A DNA stretch of 64,000 bases from the human T2T-CHM13v2.0 reference genome, Homo sapiens. The translations under genes and the position numbers were made by a program. Position 1 is the first letter of the stretch, and each line of letters opens with the position of its first letter. This document shows, one piece after another, positions 19,233 to 32,310 of this stretch. Location of the stretch: assembly GCF_009914755.1 (NCBI RefSeq), contig NC_060925.1, one strand, 5' to 3'. The notes under the pieces are model-generated. The model had not been told where the DNA came from and did no database searches. It saw nothing but the letters and a program-made list of their open reading frames with translations.

Positions 19233-20189
19233 CTGGGGGCACCTTCTGGCCCACAGTGAGGGAATAAGCAAACCAGAATGGGGGGTGCCTGCACGGAATA
19301 CTCCTAAGTGCTCAGACACGGCGTCCACAGATGGATCCAAATCAGTGCTGGATGACGGGCACTCACCCCAGGTCTGCAGTCCAATAACACGGGCCTGAGC
19401 AGAAAGCACGTGGCATGGAGCCCCGTGGCAGATATGGGGACGAGCGGCCAATACATCAGCTCAGGTGTCCGAGGGGTTTCAGGGACATGAGAGAGAGTGG
19501 GGAACGAAGGGGGAAATCGCTTGGAGACCCAGGACGAGCCTGGCACACCAGGATGCTGATTCTGAAAGGGCGATTAAGGAGATTCCATGTTTTAAAAATC
19601 TGGATTTCTGGCTTCTTCTGAAAAAAATCAGAAGATGTTTAGCACAACAGCGTGGCATCGTCAGCTGTACTCCTGCCCCACTGTCCCCCAGGGAGCCTGG
19701 CTCATCCCATGGCTCACAGAGGCCCACACTGTGGCCAGACAGGTCCACTGATGGCTCAGCACGTGCACCCCGGCTGCAGGGAGATGGGTACCAGCCCAGG
19801 AAGTGGGACACTGGCTGAAACAGGATGGGATGCAGGGATGGGGTGGGATGGGAGACCAAACCAGTGTGAGGAATGAGGATAAAGGAGATGCTGGAGATAA
19901 AATCTGGGCAAGTAAGCAGGGGGTGGTCCTGCTGGCTGAGGCCAGAGATGCCAGCCCACTCAGACTCCTGCGCTGGCCCTTCCACACCATCCCAGGCCCA
20001 AGGCCTCCCACACACAGCGTCACATACACAAACAGCACCCTCCTCATGGCAACAGGTGACCCTGCCCCTTCACAGACCTCCCTGCCCCCACAGTCACCCC
20101 ACATTTTAAAGGGAACTTGAGTCCATCCTGATATGTAAACGTGAGGTTAAATATCTATCATGGGGGAGAACAGACAAATCTCCAGTGCA

Positions 20190-20845
20190 GAATAGTTCTA
20201 AATAACCTAAGTGGAGGCTCCACTCTTGAGGAGATCCAGCCTAACTCCCCACCTCTCCAACGCGGCTCATCGCAGCGACCTCCTTCTTCCAACGTGGCTC
20301 ATCGCAGTGACCTCCTTCTCAGGAGTGCAGAGTGGAGGTCAGTGGTGGAGTGAAGACGGACCAGGGTTAACATCGGCAGTGATCACTTGACCTCTGCACA
20401 CTTGACTCTGGGTCTTTCTCCCCAAAAAAAACCAGAACCTCAGTATAATCGTGAGGAAAATAGACAAATCCTAATTGAGGGACATTCTCCAAAATACCTG
20501 ACTGGCCCTCCTCAAAACTGCCAAGGTCATGGAAAAAGGAAAGTCTGAAAAACTCACAGTTTAGGAACCTAAAGAGACTTGATTACTAAATGGAATATAT
20601 CCTGGGATCCTGGAAAAGAAAAGGACATTATGTAAAAACTAAGAAAACCTGAATAAAATGTGGCCTTTAGTTAATAAGAATCCATCAATATTGGTGCATT
20701 CGTTGTAACAAGTAGTTGTAACAAGTGCCACGCTAATGTAACACGTTAGTACCAGCGTAACTGGGTGCCAGGCGTTTGTAAACTCTGTTCCGTCTTCTCA
20801 ATTGTTTTGTGAATCTAAAACCGTTCTTTAAAAAGAGTTTATTTA
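20190..20845 (+). mobile_element. Ancient L1MC/MD-type 3' end
   Basis: gagggacattctccaaaatacctgac ... ctcctcaaaactgccaaggtcat ... gggatcctggaaaagaaaaggacatta. Confidence 0.7.
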
Positions 20846-20848
20846 GTA

Positions 20849-21146
20849 GGCTGGGCATGGTGGCTCACACCTGCAATCCCAGCACTTGGGAAGGCCAAGA
20901 CTGGTGGATCACTTGAGCTCAGGAGTTGGAGACATGCCTAGGTAACATGGCAAAACCCCATCTCTACTAAAAATACAAAAATTAGCCAGGTGTGGTGGCG
21001 CACACCTGTAGTCGCAGCCACTTGGGAGGTTGAGGTGGGAGGATCGCTGGAGCCTCGGAGGTCGAGGTGGTAGTGAGCCAAGATTGCACCACTGCACTCC
21101 AGCCCGGGCAACCAGAGTGAAACGCTGTGTCCAAAAAATAAAAAAA
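20849..21146 (+). mobile_element. Alu (AluJ-like)
   Basis: Alu consensus. Confidence 0.9.
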
Positions 21147-21574
21147 GAGTGTATGTAAAGTGAAAACAGAGAGAGTACAAGAAAAGAGGGAAACCAGGGG
21201 CTCAGTGGAGGTGGGCAGGGGCTGGTCCATGTGCATTCAGCCCACCTGGTTGGCAGCTGCCCAGGTGTCTCCTCAGGTGTCGGAACAGGAGTTTCTTCCA
21301 CAGCCTTCAGTTTGCTCAGGTGGGCATGTGGCGATGGCAGACCCTTGGGCTGTGAGAAACTATGTTGCTGTTTTATCCAAGTCTTCACAGACCAAAGACG
21401 GGGCTTTGCCCAGAGGAGGCCTTGAGAAGCCAGGCTGGAGTTTGTGGAGAGAGTGTGTGTCACTCACAGGACATATGACGCATTTGCAACATGCGTTCTC
21501 AAAGTGGGAGCCACAGCAGTGTTCGTTTTACTATTGCTGGGCCTGTAAATGGAGCGTTTTATCTTTTTCGTCAG

Positions 21575-21670
21575 CTGGTTCATTGAACAAGTGTTTACAG
21601 AGCACCTGCTAGGCAAATCCATCGTGACAGAGACTCGGTGTGCCCCCAAGGAGCTCACAGTCTAGCGGTA
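21575..21670 (-). mobile_element. L2 3' fragment
   Basis: ttcattgaacaagtgtttacagagcacctgct ... caaggagctcacagtctag. Confidence 0.55.
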
Positions 21671-22408
21671 AAGATGGTGCATAAACTCCCTGACACTCAG
21701 GGTGGCAACAGCCACCCCACCTGCTCCTCCCTTTCCTAATGCCCACACGGAGCAGACACTCGAGGGCTGCTTTTAGGAGTGCTGACTACATGCTTCCCTA
21801 CCTCCATGTAGGCATGTGTGTACACAAGCGTGTCCTGTTTTCACCTTTTCACAAAACTATGTCAAAAGTGAAACATTTTGGAATACATTTCCAGTTATGC
21901 AAAATGTTTAAAATATGAATTTCTTCGGTTAACACAAATTAGGCATGAAATGTAGGCAACCCTGTTTACCAAGAAACATCAGGGTGCGGTGTGGGTCTGG
22001 GAGGTGCCCATGAGCACCTCATCTTGAGGCCAGTCTTCATGCTAGACCCTGGGTGGAGAGAGCGAGGCGGCTGGAGGTGGGTGTGTGACACCAGGTGACT
22101 TAGCGGCCCCAGGAGGGTGACTTCCCCTCCGGAGGTGCCATGCGACTGTACAGCTCAGGAGCACTCGGGGTCACCTACAGGAGGGGCAACTCCTGGGTGT
22201 CTCCCAACAGAGCCCAAAACCTGGAAGTGGACAGAGCACCCCCCGCTCATCTCCTGGGCCCTCGTCTCAGAGGAAGGACGGCCATTCTGGCCAACACTGA
22301 CCAATGCTCCAGCCCACACTGCCCTGCACTGCCTAGAAGGAGAACCTAGGCTGGGCTCCCAGACAGGAGAGAGGGGTGCGTTTGTGGGGCTAATTAATAG
22401 TAATAATA

Positions 22409-22695
22409 GGCCGGGAGCGGTGGCTCATGCCTGTAATCCCAGCACTTTGGGAGGCCGAGGTGGGTGGATCACCTTAGCTCAGGAGTTCAAGACCAGCCTG
22501 GCCAACATGGTGAAACCCCGTCTAAAAATGCAAAAAAACTAGCTGGGCGTGGTGGTGCCTGTAGTCCCAGCTACTCGGGAGGCTGAGACAGAATCACATG
22601 AACCCGGGAGGCGGAGCTTGCAGTGAGCCGAGATCGCGCCATTGCACCCAGCCTGGGCAACCAGAGTGAAACTCTGTCTCAAAAAAAAAAAAAAA
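22409..22695 (+). mobile_element. Alu (AluS)
   Basis: Alu consensus with small deletions. Confidence 0.9.
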
Positions 22696-22859
22696 TCGTC
22701 ATAATAATAATCCCCCCTCACCTGAGTTCTGGGAGGTCAATCCAGGTTCAAGATTCCTCCTTTGAAAGGTAGACTGGATTTGGATACAGAGGGTGCCCAT
22801 GCGTGAGGGGACGAGGGGGCCCGGGATGCGGGTCCGTGTGAGGGGCTGAAGAGTTGCCC

Positions 22860-23200
22860 CTGTGCTAGTCAGTGCCGCCGCCATAACCGAGCCCCGCCGG
22901 CTGCGCGGCGTCTTCAGCAAGCGTTTATTTGCTAATTCTGGGGGCTGGAGGTCCGCGGTCACGGTGTCCACAGACTGACTTCTCCAGAGGCCTCTCCTTG
23001 GCTTGTGGACACCGTCTTCTCCCTAAATCCTCATCTCCTCTTCTTATACATTGTATCAGGGCCCGCCCCATGACCCCATTTCACCTTAATCGCCTCGTTA
23101 AAGACCCCATCTCCAAACAACCATATTCTGAGGTCCTGGGGGTTAGGGCCTCAGCACAGGAATTTGGGGCGGGGGGACACACACTCTGACTTCGCACCAC
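22860..23200 (-). mobile_element. MLT1-type MaLR LTR
   Basis: aattctgggggctggaggtcc ... aaagaccccatctccaaa ... ttctgaggtcctgggggttagg. Confidence 0.7.
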
Positions 23201-23221
23201 CTCCCCACCACTGCGTGGTGT

Positions 23222-23700
23222 GTGCTGCGGTTTAGCTTGTGTGACTGTGATCTTTTTCGTCAACTGGTTCATTGAACAAGTGTTCAACGGGCCCTCTAAG
23301 AAAGTAATTAACGTCAAATGAGGCCCTAAGGGTGGGGCCCTGATCTGATAGAATTCGTGTCCTTATAAAAGAGGCACCAGAGCACCCACTCCCTGTCTCC
23401 GACGTGTGGGGACAGAACAGGCGGCCATCTGCAAGCCAGGTAAGAGCCCTCGCCAGGCAAGGCCCAGCTCACACCTTGACCCTGGACTTCCAGCCCCTAG
23501 AACTGTGAGAAAATTAATTTCTGTTTAACCTACCCAGTCTGTGGTACAGTCATCTCTCAGTATCTGTGGGGCACTGATTCCAGGATCCCCACAGATACCA
23601 AAATCCACAGATGTTCAAGTCCCCCAGTGAGCCGTCTGCATCCATGGAGGCAGCCCCAGCCTTGGAGACCGACTGTGTTTCCTTAGGGCAGCCCTAGGCG
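23222..23700 (+). mobile_element. MLT1-type MaLR LTR interrupted by a MER2/Tigger-like DNA element (~23548-23675)
   Basis: gtccttataaaagagg ... ggacttccagcccctagaactgtgagaaaattaatttctgtt; inserted cagtcatctctcagtatctgtgggg ... ataccaaaatccacagatgttcaagtccc. Confidence 0.65.
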
Positions 23701-24279
23701 CAGCGGTGCAAGGAGAGCCACATTTACCCCTGGCGCTGCACGGCCCTGAGGCTGGGCAAGGCTGTCCACCCCGCTGTCAGAACCCCAGCAGGGAAGGTGT
23801 CCAGAAGGCAGTCCTGGGAACCCTGCACAGAGGCCCAGCGGGCACAAGGTTGGGGCAGCTCTGTTCCCAGCAGGCCGAGCCCGGGTGGCTGGAGAGGGAG
23901 CTCTGGAAGGTCAGCCTAGGGGCCGTCGGCCCCTGCAGACCCTGTGCCCAGCCCAGCATCCCGGGGAGCTCCCTCCACATGCTCATCTCACGAGGTTCCT
24001 GCTGCACTCAGAGTGGAGGATGGGAGGCCTGGGGCGGAGGGCCGGGGCTTTGGAATGGCTGAGGGGGACAAGGATGCACAAGGGGCCAGTGCAGAGGACA
24101 GCGCGACTCCCAGGGGCCCGGGGTCCTGGTCTTCCTGGTCCTGCCGTTTTTATTAGAAGCGAGCCCTCCACCCCAGTGGGTGTAGAGCCCAGGACGCAGC
24201 AGAGGGTGGGGGGGTGGGGGGCGGCATCGGGGCAGGTGGCAACCCCTTGGACGCAGGCTCAGGACGCCAGGGTCAGGGC

Positions 24280-25540
24280 GTGAGTGCCGGGGCCCCCTCA
24301 AAGCCGCGGGGTCCAAAGAGGCCGCCGGCCCCGGCCCCGCCCTCTGCTCCTCCTCCCCCTCCACCGCCAGGCCCGGGTGGCCGCCGCCTCCTCCGAACGC
24401 GGCCGCCTCCTCCTCCGAACGTGGCCTCCTCCGAACGCGGCCGCCTCCTCCTCCGAACGCGGCCGCCTCCTCCTCCGAACGTGGCCTCCTCCGAACGTGG
24501 CCGCCTCCTCCTCCGAACGTGGCCTCCTCCGAACGCGGCCGCCGCCTCCTCCGAACGCGGCCTCCTCCTCCTCCGAACGCGGCCGCCTCCTCCTCCGAAC
24601 GTGGCCTCCTCCGAACGCGGCCGCCGCCTCCTCCGAACGCGGCCTCCTCCTCCTCCGAACGCGGCCGCCTCCTCCTCCGAACGTGGCCGCCTCCGAACGT
24701 GGCCGCCGCCTCCTCCGAACGTGGCCGCTTCCGCAGCGCCCGGCGCAGGCCGCACTCCGCCACCAGGGGGCGCCACAGCTCCTCGCGCCGCCGCCTCCCG
24801 CAAACACAAAGAGCCGCGCGGCCACGACGGCCGCGTGCCCGGAGCGCCGGGGTCTTTCCTGGGCTCCAAAGTCAAGAGCTCACGTTCCGGGAGGATCTGT
24901 CCGCGGAAATTCGGTTCTGAGCGTCGCCGGACTCCACCGCGGGGAGGCGGGTGAGGGGAGGGGGCCGGAGGGTCGGGGGTGCCGGGGGGTGCGGGAAGGC
25001 TGCGGGGGAGGCTGTTGGGGACGTTCGTGGCGGGGGAGGCTGTTGGGGACGTTCGTGGCGGGGGAGGCTGTTGGGTCCCCTCCCCGCCCCACCGCGTCCC
25101 AGGGAACCCCGGCAGGGCACCCAGTGAGGGGGGCCCGGGCGTCCGCCCATTCCTCACTGCTGTCCCCGCCTGTGCCCGAAACCCCCGTTCACGTTCACCG
25201 AGAAAACAGACATAAACCCAGCCAGGCACATCCACTAGAATGGCTGTGATTTCAGAAAAGCGGACGTAAGTGCTGCCGAGGAGATGGAGGCGTTGGACCC
25301 CCTCGCGCATTGTCGGGGCGGGTGCAGCCGCGGCGCAAAAGGACCTTCCTCAGAAAGTTGAGCACGAAGTTCCCACAGGCCCGGAAGTTCCCCTCCCGGG
25401 CGCTCCCCAGAGAGCTGAAGACTGGGCGCGTGCCGGCGGCAAATGTTCACAGCAAAGGGCGGCCCAGTGCGCAGCTGGAACATCAGCCCCAGGCGGTCGC
25501 TGCGACAGGGACGAGCCTGGGAAACGTGAAAATGTCCAGA
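24280..25540. promoter_or_regulatory. CpG island / putative lncRNA promoter
   Basis: Very high GC and CpG density. Confidence 0.75.
24378..24728. repeat. GC-rich VNTR, unit CCGAACGYGGCC(GCC)n(TCC)nT
   Basis: About 17 variable units, all multiples of 3 nt, with many GCGGCCGC sites. Confidence 0.95.
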
Positions 25541-25770
25541 ACAGGGAATCCACAGATAAAGAAAAGACATCGTGGTTGCCAGAGCTCGCGGGAGGGGGCA
25601 ACAGGGACCGACTGCTTAACGTGTATGGTTCCCCTTCAGGGTGAGGACGTGTTCTGGGACGAGGTGGAGGTCAGGGTTGCAGGACAAGATGAAAGCGCTA
25701 AATGCCACTGAATTGTTTGCTTTAACGTCATTAATTTTGTTATGTGAATTTCATCTCAATAGAATAAATA
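25225..25770 (+). mobile_element. L1MB-like 3' fragment, unusually CpG-rich
   Basis: cacatccactagaatggct ... aaatgtccagaacagggaatccacaga ... aatgccactgaattgt ... ttttgttatgtgaatttcatctcaat. Confidence 0.7.
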
Positions 25771-26857
25771 GGTCAAGCTGGCTGCAGGGCCCACCCCACC
25801 GCGGCCTGGAGCAGGGTCTTCTGGGGTGTACCACCTCTGCCCTCACCCAGGCTCCACCACGACCAGCTTCGTCCACCCCCCAGGAGACCATGAAGGCCCA
25901 CGTCTGAAATCCTCACTAAGCCCACCCTCCCATCTCCCTGAACTACGGGTAGGACCCCTCTGGCCCCCAGCCCTGCCCTTGACCCGGCCCACCAAGCCCC
26001 CACCCAGATCCACACCACCAGGCACTCTTGCCCTTGGCCTGCTGCCAGGCTGGCCCCGCTCCTTCTGGGCCTCCTGGAGCTTCAACCCCTGCCTCCACAG
26101 CAGACCTTGGCCTTTAGCATGTTCAGTCTCCTCAGTGGCAGCCCCGGGAGGGCCATCTTCTTGGGTCAAAGCCCTCCTCACTACCCACCCTCTTGCCAGG
26201 ACTAGCTGTGTCCTGCAGCAGCCCAGCATGTGCCGTTGAGCTGGCCTTTTCTCAGGCCCAGTGCCCAAGGAGGAGCTGATTGCATAGGCTCAGAGTTTCC
26301 AGGAAGAGTGGGGACTCAGATGTCTGCCCAGGTGTCTCCACCGCGTCCGCCAGGGCCTCCAGCTTTCCTAACCAGGACCCTGGCCTCTGGCCTTGGTTGA
26401 GTATTTCACCTTCTTCCATGTTTAGTCCCTTGGGCTCTGCTACCCTCCTGCTGGAGGTGAGAGCATCCTGTGTGCAACCAGAGATGCCCTCTGGCTTTCA
26501 GACCTGCCTGCTTTTCACCCTCAGCCCTTTCTCACTCAGCAAAATTGTGGGGGTCCCTAGTCAGCAGCTCCCTGGGCAGCTCTCTGAGCAAGGGGGTCTC
26601 TGTGGTCATGAAGGAGAGCCGGCTAGGACAGTGCCGGAAACTCAGCTGCCTCTCCCCTTCAACTCAGCTGCCTCTCCCCTTCAACTCAGCTGGCCCCCCG
26701 CACCTGAAGTGCACAGGAGCCGGGAAGAGAGTCTGGAGCCCACCCCGGAGGGCAGCACAGGAGGTGTCTCTGCAGCTGGTGTCCTGCCACCCCTGCAGGC
26801 AGCACACGTCCCGGGCATTCTCCTTAGCCACAGACAGAACAGCCAGTGCCAGAGTCT

Positions 26858-26997
26858 GCTGTCGCTTCCCCTTTAAGCACACTCATTCACCACACCCGAG
26901 GAGGCCAGAGGTGCAGGGAGCATGGGCTGTCGCTTCCCCTTTAAGCACACTCATTCACCACACCTGAGGAGGCCAGAAGTGCAGGGAGCATGGGCTG
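26858..26997. repeat. 68-bp tandem duplication (2 copies)
   Basis: gctgtcgcttcccctttaagcacactcattcaccacac...agggagcatgg at 26858 and 26926. Confidence 0.9.
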
Positions 26998-27176
26998 GGT
27001 GCACCTCCGCAGGAGAGAAGGCTGAGCCACCGCCGTCCCGGGAGCCCGGCTCCCAGGCCTCTCGTTTTCCCCTACCTCCCTAAGACTTTTCTGTCACTCT
27101 CTGGCCATTGAAAGGCTTCTGTTCCTTAAAGTGCTGTTACACTCTCCTTTCCCAGGATGCAGCAAGCCAAAACAGT

Positions 27177-27568
<392 letters not shown>

Positions 27569-28499
27569 TCAGGCCCTGCAGCCTCTTGCACTGGCCAGAG
27601 GGGCTGGGGTCACTGTCTGTTTCCTTGCCCACCCTCAAGGGACAAGGAGGAGAGGTGAGGCTGTGGGCGCACCTGATTTTACCTGCTGGAGTCTGTGTTC
27701 TCTGGGATTAGGGAGCATCTGGAGCTGACTCTTCCTCCATGGGACCCTCCCTTTTTCAGGAAAACTTCCCCTCCTCGGGGATCCCGCAGGGCTAAGAAAC
27801 ACCCTCTTCACCTCCCTCCTGCCCGGTCCTTCTGACCAGCCGAGAGAGTACTGCCCGGTCCTTCTGACCAGCCGAGAGAGTACAGACCCTCCCCGATCTG
27901 GGAGGAGGGCCCATCACTGGCTCCCTGCCCCCTGCTCGCCAAGCCCCCCGGGACTTCCCAGGCTGTTCCTTCCACCTGAAGGGTCTCCCTCTGGCCAAGG
28001 CGAGGCTCACAGTTCCCCTGTCAGGATGGGGCCTTAGACACCCAGACTGACCCAGTGACAATCACCTTAATTCTCCACAGATAACTACCTACAAGTTTTC
28101 TGATTTATTCATTAGTGGATTTGTTCGTGATCAGCCCCACACCTGTTAGAATGGAAGCTGCAGGCAGCAGGAACCAGTGTGGCCAAGTCGGAGGGCAGCA
28201 CAAGCCGGTCCTCCTCGTGGACAGCAGGTGTGGAGCAGGCCAGGCCCACAGGAGGGCGGGCAGGAGGGCAGGCACCGAGAGGTGCGGATGGCCTCTCAGA
28301 ACAGGGGTGCAGGCTGGTGGGGGCAGCAGCTGGAAGGGGAAGGTCACAGAGCCAGAAAGATAGGGTGTCCGCCACAGCCAGTTCTTTGGAAGTTTCCCTG
28401 AAAAAGGGAAAAGAGACAAGATATGGTTCAAAGGAAAGCAGGGCCTGGGAGAGGCCTGTGTGCAGTGTGTCTGCAAAGGGAGGAGGAGGCAAAGATACT

Positions 28500-28885
28500 G
28501 AAGGTGAAGAGGGAAAGGAGGAAGGGACAGGGGAGGTGACAGAGGGAGGGGAGGGGGAGGAGGGGCGGGGGAGAGGATGAGGGAAAAGGGGGAGGCGATG
28601 GGACGGGGGAGGGAATGGGGGAACAGGTGGGAGGGGAGGAGGGGGTGGGGGAGAGGAGACAGGGGAGAGGGGAGTAGGGGGAGGGGATGAGGGGAAGGTG
28701 GGAGGGGAGAGGGGACAAGTGGGAGGGGAGGGGATGGGGGAGGGAATGAGGGGACAGGTGGGAGGGGAGAGGGGACAAGTGGGAGGGGAAGGGATGGGGG
28801 AGGGATGAGGGGACAGGTGGGAGGGGAGGGAATGAGGGGCAGGGGGGAAGGGAGGGATGAGGGGCAGGGGGGAAGGGAGGGGGGT
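28500..28885. repeat. G-rich low-complexity tract (G-quadruplex-prone)
   Basis: Dense GGG/GGGG runs separated by short A-rich spacers. Confidence 0.9.
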
Positions 28886-28950
28886 TTGGCCCTGCAGCAG
28901 GTGGGATTCTGCTCAGCCCATTTCCTGGGCCACGGGATTCATGAAGGGCA

Positions 28951-29530
28951 CGGGGTCAGGCCCCCCGGGCGCACCATTGCTGGTATATGCGGTGATCGGG
29001 GTCAGGCCCCCGGGCGCACCTTTGCTGGTATATGCGGTGGTCGGGGTCAGGCCCCCGGGCGCACCTTTGCTGGTATATGCGGGGGTCGGGGTCAGGCCCC
29101 CGGGCGCACCGTTGCTGGTATATGCGGGGGTCGGGGTCAGGCCCCCGGGCGCACCTTTGCTGGTATATGCGGGGGTCGGGGTCAGGCCCCCGGGCGCACC
29201 GTTGCTGGTATATGCGGGGGTCGGGGTCAGGCCCCCGGGCGCACCTTTGCTGGTATATGCGGGGGTCGGGGTCAGGCCCCCGGGCGCACCGTTGCTGGTA
29301 TATGCGGGGGTCGGGGTCAGGCCCCCGGGCGCACCGTTGCTGGTATATGCGGGGGTCGGGGTCAGGCCCCCGGGCGCACCGTTGCTGGTATATGCGGGGG
29401 TCGGGGTCAGGCCCCCGGGCGTTGCTGGTATATGCGGGGGTCGGGGTCAGGCCCCCGGGCGCACCGTTGCTGGTATATGCGGGGGTTGGGGTCAGGCCCC
29501 CCGGGCGCACCGTTGCTGGTATATGCGGTG
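28951..29530. repeat. 45-bp VNTR, about 13 copies
   Basis: Unit ggggtcaggcccccgggcgcacc(g/t)ttgctggtatatgcgggggtc; translates as a 15-aa periodic ORF. Confidence 0.97.
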
Positions 29531-29539
29531 GTCGTTTTT

Positions 29540-30140
29540 GGTGTCATCACTGCTATCTTCCAGGCCGGGAGGAAGGACCGAGGGTGGGCCCGGCGCGGGT
29601 GGGGGTCCTGGGCAGGGGCGGCGGCGCGGCCGGGCTGGTCCTGGCGCTGGGACCCGCAGCTGCGCCCTCTGCCTGAGCAGAGACCGGGGCCCCCACGCTC
29701 CGCGCCAGCACCCGGCCGCGCCGCGGAGAGGGAAGGGTTACGGCGGGGATGGGGGTGGGGGGGTTGGCGGGGGCGCGACTGACGGGCTCGGGATTGGCTC
29801 GGCGCGCGCGGGACCCGGGGGCAGCTGCGGGCCCAGACTTCCCGGACGCCCTGGCGCCTCTGCTGCCCACGGCGGCCCCGAGGCCGCGCTCGCGGAGAGG
29901 GGGGCCCCCATCTCCTGTCAGCCGCAGTGACTGCGGGTGCCTGACGGCGCCGCCAGCCCGGGGGGCCCCTCCCGGCCCCAGCGGGGTCTCCCGGGGCTGC
30001 CTCTGTCGGTCCCGACCTGCCTGGTCCCTGGAGCTGGGGTGGGAGTCGTGCTTTGATCAGTCACCGGGGGCGGGGAGACTGGTCGACCACCCCTGAGGGC
30101 CCGGGACTTGTTTGCCACACCTGGGGAGTTTCGCGGCGGC
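29540..30140. promoter_or_regulatory. CpG island
   Basis: CpG-dense with GC boxes (ggggcgg). Confidence 0.75.
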
Positions 30141-32204
30141 ATCTGGAGGGGTCCTGGTTGAGCAGCTAGGGGGGTGTCTGGTAACCAGCCGGACCCCTCA
30201 GGCTCCCTCCCGGCAGGCCCTGAACAGACAGCCAGGGATGGAACTCGCCCCCTGGGCACCCTGTGCCTGCCCTCAGCCTCCCCACTGAGGCCCAGGACTT
30301 TAGAGGTGGGCGTGCCCGCCAGGCTGCCAGGCTGTCCCTCCGTGGGCAGCTGAGCAGGCCACAGTGTGGAAGAGGCTCCAGAAAACCCAGCCCTGCCGCT
30401 GCACACGTGCGTGGCCAGCAGATAAAGTCTTCCTTGTTATTGTGGGCAGCGTAGCTGCACCTGCGGTGAGGCCGGCACTGCTGAAGAGATGTCAATTCAC
30501 AGAGCTTGACTATGACCCAAAGGTGAGGTCAGGACTCCGGGAGAGGATGGCAGCGGTCTTCAGGGGAAACTCTCCTTTTCTTCTGTCTGGACGCTGGAGC
30601 CACACACTCGCCTGTCCCCATCCTCCCACAGCATAGGGCTCCTGGGACCTCGACCCTGGGCAGGATTTGGGGGATGGCCACGTCTCTCTGAGTGGGCTCT
30701 GCTCATGGTCCTCACAAGGCCCGGGACATGGATGAGACCAGGCCTGCGTCCTCTGCCTCCCCGCCCCACTGTGGCTGTGCCAGCCTCCCTGACAGGGGCT
30801 CTTCCGTCCACGTGCCCCTCCTGGGCCACTATCCCGTTATAAACAGGCAGGAGTCTCCTTCCAGCCTCCCTCTGGGGCGGGCAGGCAGCACGGCGATCAC
30901 CTGCCCCCACTCCCTCATCTATCACCCTGAACTGTGTTCACGGTAAAATTACTCATCCTCAGCCAGTGATAAATGGCATCAGTCTAGAGCCAGCCCGCGG
31001 CAGGGGGTGGGGCTCCCTGCTCAGGGTTCCCAGGCCTGGGCCAGATAAACCTGGTGAGCTGTGCCTTTGTGCTCACACGCAGCTGGCAATGGCAAGTCAG
31101 TGGATTTGTACGTGTCTCATGTGTGCCCTTGGTAAAAGCACACGTGTGCACGATTCTGTGTGCATGTGCTTGCGGGGGCTGGGGGCTGAGGGAGGCCATC
31201 TGGGATGTGGGGTCTGGATGTGGTGGCCAGGGTGGGCGCTAGGCAGGCAGCAGAGTGGAGAAGGTATGTCACCAGGAGAAGGGACCCAAGGAATCGAAGA
31301 GCAGGGGGAGCCACTGAGTGGGGTGCAGGGAAGATGGGGTGTCTGGGAGCTCAGCCTCGTGCAGAGGGAGGGAAGCAGGCAGCTCCTGGGTGCACGGGTG
31401 GGGCATACTCTCTACAGATTCAATGCTGGATTTGTATAGTGTATAGATTTTCAATAGTTATTTAAAATCATCAAAAACAATTGTGTTTACAATTTACTGG
31501 GCAACCACTATATGCTGGTCAACATCTAGAATTTATCAACAATTGTACAAGCCAAGTATTTTATCCTCATTTCTACAGAGGATAAAACCGAGAATAAGGA
31601 ACTTTACATTGTCAATGATCAAACACCTAGTGCACCCATGGCCGTGCGTCCGCAGGACAAAGCAGCCTTTGGAGCCCTGGAACTTAAGATGTCCAGAGAT
31701 CAGCAGCTCTCGGCTCAGGCCCAGGCAGCTGGACAGCACCCAGCACCTCCTCCAGGTCCTCCTGGGTCCCCTCCTTTCTTTCACTTTCAGCCCGGGAATC
31801 TCTGTGAAGTCCTAGCTGATAACTAAGGGGTTAATGAATAATCACAGTGATGAGCTCTGGAGGAGCCATGGCCCAGAGCAGCTGTGGCCTCCTTTGATTA
31901 AACCACAGAAGTCCGGAGGATCAGGCCTCAAACCTCCACCACCTGCCAGCTGGCACCTGTGAAGGAGGTGGGACCAGCACCCACCTCACAGTGGCTGCAG
32001 GGTCACCTGAGATGGTGATTGCAAAGTGCTGAGCCATCGGGACACATATTTCCAAGACCTCCTGAGTGCCGGCTGGCCCCTGGAGCAGAGATGAGACCCC
32101 TGTGGGGCCTACAGTCCAGTTATGAAGGCAGGGTTCCTGTGTAAGCCAGCAGGCCCAGTTCTGGAAAGGCCAGGATGTGGGTTCAGAAGCTCAAGGACAA
32201 TGGA

Positions 32205-32310
32205 CTCATTCTGACTGGAGGGATCCAGGAAGGCTTCGTGGAGGAAGTGGCATTTGACATTGGCATCAAGGATGAACAGGAATAGAGAGAGGGGACTGGT
32301 GTCTGCGTGA
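32205..32310 (+). mobile_element. L2 fragment
   Basis: caggaaggcttcgtggaggaagtggcatttga...aaggatgaacaggaat. Confidence 0.55.

Noticed and set aside
24008-25310. Several 175-345-aa ORFs on both strands
   Set aside because: Produced by the triplet-phased VNTR and extreme GC content.
26858-26997. 68-bp unit as beta satellite
   Set aside because: Same length only; no sequence similarity to the monomer at ~9600.
28805-29930. Periodic 184-357-aa ORFs and a CRISPR-like look
   Set aside because: Head-to-tail 45-bp VNTR with no unique spacers or cas genes; eukaryotic DNA.
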